DNA of 64,000 bases from Candidatus Omnitrophota bacterium (GTDB lineage Bacteria > Omnitrophota > Gorgyraeia > 2-02-FULL-51-18): the NCBI GenBank assembly GCA_016197155.1, contig JACPWF010000025.1, positions 28,276 to 92,275 of the forward strand, written 5' to 3'. Under the pieces are notes generated by a model, which was given only the letters and a program-made list of their open reading frames with translations, had not been told where the DNA came from and made no database searches. How positions within the stretch are numbered: position 1 is the first letter of the stretch; every line of letters starts with the position of its first letter. This document shows positions 60,529 to 64,000 of this stretch, in pieces. The position numbers and the translations under genes were made by a program.

Positions 60529-63500
60529 TTATGCCGCCTGGCGGACGGCCTGGCGGGAGGTTTGGGTGGTCTTGAGGCTGAGGCTAGTAAGCGGCATGGG
60601 CCTCATGATAAAGACGTAAACGGTCCCGCCGTCCGCCGTTGTCATGGGAAGAACGGAGACGTAATCTTTCAGCGAAGAAGGAATATTTTGAATGGAGGAA
60701 TCCTGTCTCATCCCCAAAATGGCGAGTAGCATCGCGGAGCTGTAGCTCTCTCCGGACTTGGCATCGGGGACGCGAATGTAGCGCACGCCGTCCTTGTAGC
60801 CCACGACCCCTTCGAAACGCTCGGGAAAACTGACGGCCAAATGCGCCACCGCGCGACTCAAAGATTTTTCCAAAATAGAGGTCAGGCCCTGGGAGCGAAT
60901 ATCGTTTTCATTGACCAAAACGGCGCTAAATTCGATACCGGGCGCCAGGATCCGAAGGCTGTCGATGGTTTGTTTGGCGGATGCGAGACTCGATTCGCTC
61001 GTCACATAAAATTTCACTTCCAATTGGCCCGACACGCCGGCGGTTTTGGCAAACTCATCGAGCGTTTGAACCGTCGCGGACAAATCGGGAGAGGCCAAAA
61101 GTCTTTCGTCGAACGCCATCACACCCGTCTGCCCTTCGATACTTCCTGCGAATTCTTTCAGGGACCGGATCACCTCATTCCGGAACCCGTTTCTGGCATT
61201 CAAAAGATGAATGGCTTCGAAATCAGCCTCTGAACGAGAAACAGCCGACGCTGATAATCGCGAAACACTTTCGCCGATCGGGAAACGGGCGATGGGTCTC
61301 ACGACCGCGGTAGCGGGATTAAATTGTCCGATCTGGACCTCGTCTGCGTGGGCGTCGGGAATGAAAGACAAGGCCGCCACTTTTGTCGCTAAAAGCAGTG
61401 GGATAATGACTCGACGTGCTCCACGGAAATTCGGCGCCAGACGAGCCGCAGTCTGGCGAAGCTCGTCCCGTTCCGAGGCCGTAAACGGTTCGCTGGAAAT
61501 GCCTAGCCTGTCATTCTGCGAAGCCGAGCCGTAAGGACTCGGCGAAGCAGAAAGCCGCGCACCTCTGGCGGAGTCGGTGAATTCCGGTGCCGCAAGAGAA
61601 GCTCTCAGCCGCGGGCCTTCTAGGCTCGCTTCGAGCGCCAGGCGAGCGCCGGCCGTGGTTTCATTTTTCCTTAGAAATTCCCGGGCTTCTCGGATAGCAT
61701 CAATATCGAAAGGCTCCCGGGTTAATGTATTGATAAAACCTTGGGCATGGTCATGCAAAGGTCTATTTGTTTCAACAGTGCTTCTCCCTAGCGTCAATGA
61801 ATCAATGTAGCTTCGTAGCCGCCTCAAAAGCCCGTCTTTTTCCTCAATGTCATTAGCCGCATCCAGCGTAAATTGAAATGATAAATCCCCGCCGACGTGA
61901 GGCTGGGACACCCGGATACCTTCGTTTCCAATCATTGTCTCCACTTGCGACAGCGGCAGAAAAACTGTCCGTTCGGGCTGACCTAAAGCGCTAAAACGAA
62001 CCGGCACTTTCAAAACGCCAGGGTTGGCCTCAACAAATTCGTCAAAGGCCTTGGAGACCTGCGCGGCATTCAAAAACCGGACTTCCGCGAGGCGCGCGAC
62101 CTGGTTGAGTGCGCCCACTTTCCTTTGAATAATGTCCGTGAGCCTTGCATCCTCTTCCGGAGTCCCGCCGACAACCACCCAATCCGGATAAACGGGCCGG
62201 TGAGGATCGATACCACGAGCCCCCTCAAAACCAGGCTGGCCATAAAGGGGGATTAAAAACGAGCGGGCGGCCATTTCAAAATCACGGGCGCCTTTGGCAT
62301 CAAGCGCCAAACGCAGATCGCTTCCATCCTGAACGGTGGGACGAAGCGCCTGATAAATCTCACTCGCATTTAGTCGGCTTGGATCACTTTCTGTAATCAT
62401 CAAAAAATGAAGCCCGCGTCCGCTTTGGCCGCGAGACAGAAGGACACCCGAGAGACCCGAACCTTTCTTTTCTACGACCACAGTCCGGACCTTCTCAATT
62501 TCCTCCGGTGAAATCCGCCCAGTTGCCGCCGCCGGCCCCGCCACCGAACTGTCGGCGCCTGCCTGACCGGCAGGCAGGGACAGGCGCGCCGCGCGGGGTG
62601 GATGAATGACAATGTTGACCGATGAAACTTCACATTTGGGATTATAATAAATCTCAAAGTCACTGCCAACGGGCGATAAACCAGCCAGTTTTTTAGACAA
62701 ATCCTGAATATCTTTAACATTGTCTCCCAGGATAAAAGTTTTTGTTGTCCTAACAATTTCAAGTTTGAACCATCTCAAACGAGCACGAGAATAAGTCACA
62801 TAAAAGGTTGTGAGCTTGTTCCTATTGATGTCTTCCAGATTAGTGATTGCTTGTTCCAGTTCTCCAATTTTCCAAAACTTGGGGCCATTTTCGGCAACCG
62901 CCAGCCGCGCGGCCTGATGATAGGCGGGTCGGAATTTATCGACAAAGCCTTTTGTGCCGACGATAACCGGTGTCTGCTGATGCATTTTTCGATACCGCAC
63001 ATCCAAAGTCTCTATCTCACCGGCTATCGAACTGCCACCAGCAGCCTCCAAGATAAATGCACCCGGAGCTTCCTCATAGGCAAAACGTATTCTCCCCGGC
63101 CTCTTGGGATCCGCTACATAAACGTAACCGCCATCTTTCATCCGCGGGTCTTTTCCCAATAAAACTCCCACCACATCCGCCCAGTAAGCGCCATTATAGG
63201 CATCAAAAGCTCCGCCCTCGTCCTGCATCTGTGTAATAACGGTATTAACACCCTCCGGCCGTATTTGAAGTCTTTTGCCGCCGGCGGCCATACGAATGTC
63301 CTCCCCCAAGCCCTTAATTTGGCGGATGATGCCTATTCGTCTGAAAGTTTTGGTATCCGGATTCATGCGGAAAACCATGACGCCGTCGGTTTTTTTGGAA
63401 GCGTAGAAAAGCAGGGTTTGAACGCCGTACAGGAAAATGAAAGAGGAATAGAGAGCATCTCTGCCTGTTCTTCCTTTCAAATCTCTCGCAAATATTTCAT

Positions 63501-64000
63501 CTTCCCCGGCGCTGATGACGCCGACCGGAGGTTCATGCGCAGCCCTTTCCGTGCGATGCACGGCGATGATCGTAGCCACATCTCCGTTGGGGAAATACCT
63601 TGATGACCCATCAAGGCTGTCTCCCATGACGCCAAACTTCGCCGAGCGGTTACCCGGCCACATCCCATTGGGCTCTTCCTCGCCGCCCCATCCGCTGATA
63701 ACCGCTTTCGGGACATCGTCGGAATGTACTTTTTGACCTTTTTTGGCAGCGCCGATAAGTTTTGCAGAAATGCCAGGATCTTGATAGGGGTTCAACAGTC
63801 GATCTCGAATCACTTGGTTCGTAAGATCGTCGGCGGGAAGCTGTTCATCTCCCGTTAAATTGGTCGTCCCCTGATGCTCCGCTGTGGTGCCGGACTGTTT
63901 TAAAATAGGTAGAATGTCTTCAAGGACTGTATTCGTTACATTAAGAACAATTCCTGAGGCCTCCGGATCTTCCCCTATTTCATCCAAAACCCTTCCAAGC
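60529..64000 (-). CDS. 3' part of a very large multidomain protein: class I FBPase-like domain followed by unknown modules separated by xARL motifs
   Basis: Frame open to the window edge (more than 1150 aa); DSLDGSS, RIRFAYEEAPGAFILEAAGG, HQQTPVIVGT; six [A/G/V]ARL motifs. Confidence 0.8.
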   Translation of the reverse strand, partial: LGRVLDEIGEDPEASGIVLNVTNTVLEDILPILKQSGTTAEHQGTTNLTGDEQLPADDLTNQVIRDRLLNPYQDPGISAKLIGAAKKGQKVHSDDVPKAVISGWGGEEEPNGMWPGNRSAKFGVMGDSLDGSSRYFPNGDVATIIAVHRTERAAHEPPVGVISAGEDEIFARDLKGRTGRDALYSSFIFLYGVQTLLFYASKKTDGVMVFRMNPDTKTFRRIGIIRQIKGLGEDIRMAAGGKRLQIRPEGVNTVITQMQDEGGAFDAYNGAYWADVVGVLLGKDPRMKDGGYVYVADPKRPGRIRFAYEEAPGAFILEAAGGSSIAGEIETLDVRYRKMHQQTPVIVGTKGFVDKFRPAYHQAARLAVAENGPKFWKIGELEQAITNLEDINRNKLTTFYVTYSRARLRWFKLEIVRTTKTFILGDNVKDIQDLSKKLAGLSPVGSDFEIYYNPKCEVSSVNIVIHPPRAARLSLPAGQAGADSSVAGPAAATGRISPEEIEKVRTVVVEKKGSGLSGVLLSRGQSGRGLHFLMITESDPSRLNASEIYQALRPTVQDGSDLRLALDAKGARDFEMAARSFLIPLYGQPGFEGARGIDPHRPVYPDWVVVGGTPEEDARLTDIIQRKVGALNQVARLAEVRFLNAAQVSKAFDEFVEANPGVLKVPVRFSALGQPERTVFLPLSQVETMIGNEGIRVSQPHVGGDLSFQFTLDAANDIEEKDGLLRRLRSYIDSLTLGRSTVETNRPLHDHAQGFINTLTREPFDIDAIREAREFLRKNETTAGARLALEASLEGPRLRASLAAPEFTDSARGARLSASPSPYGSASQNDRLGISSEPFTASERDELRQTAARLAPNFRGARRVIIPLLLATKVAALSFIPDAHADEVQIGQFNPATAVVRPIARFPIGESVSRLSASAVSRSEADFEAIHLLNARNGFRNEVIRSLKEFAGSIEGQTGVMAFDERLLASPDLSATVQTLDEFAKTAGVSGQLEVKFYVTSESSLASAKQTIDSLRILAPGIEFSAVLVNENDIRSQGLTSILEKSLSRAVAHLAVSFPERFEGVVGYKDGVRYIRVPDAKSGESYSSAMLLAILGMRQDSSIQNIPSSLKDYVSVLPMTTADGGTVYVFIMRPMPLTSLSLKTTQTSRQAVRQAA

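Overview
This is a high-GC bacterial chromosome segment, almost entirely on the minus strand. It is probably from Candidatus Omnitrophota or another PVC-related lineage; this is an inference from the MOMP-like porin, the lpxC-fabZ fusion and the giant motif-punctuated protein. Layout: (1) 1-12.5 kb is a surface-glycan locus with methyltransferases, an ABC exporter, PanB, a ThDP enzyme, an SDR, a 2OG-Fe(II) dioxygenase, a sugar C-methyltransferase and glycosyltransferases; (2) 12.5-15.2 kb holds a Chlamydia MOMP-like porin, a degenerate REC-GGDEF protein and a rearranged tRNA-Ser locus; (3) 15.2-59.7 kb is housekeeping (serS, frr-pyrH-tsf-rpsB, lipid A/bamA, glnA with a GlnR-like regulator, dnaB-rplI-rpsR-ssb-rpsF, pth-rplY-prs-glmU-clpX, ispE, ftsH-like, hisG, nrdR-glyA-rpiB, pur operon), with three toxin-antitoxin modules in or next to it; (4) the window ends in the 3' part of a very large ORF with an FBPase domain and repeated xARL motifs. 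The best candidate for an undescribed system is a small GIY-YIG nuclease lying between two copies of the tRNA-Ser 5' half, whose stop codon is the tRNA anticodon. It is accompanied by a 20-21 bp palindrome (CCTGCCTGCCGGCAGGCAGG) that is inserted precisely, without target duplication, mostly at GGCR^GA sites: in tRNA copies, inside other repeats, and in frame in protein genes. All calls come from reading motifs by eye; no database search was run.
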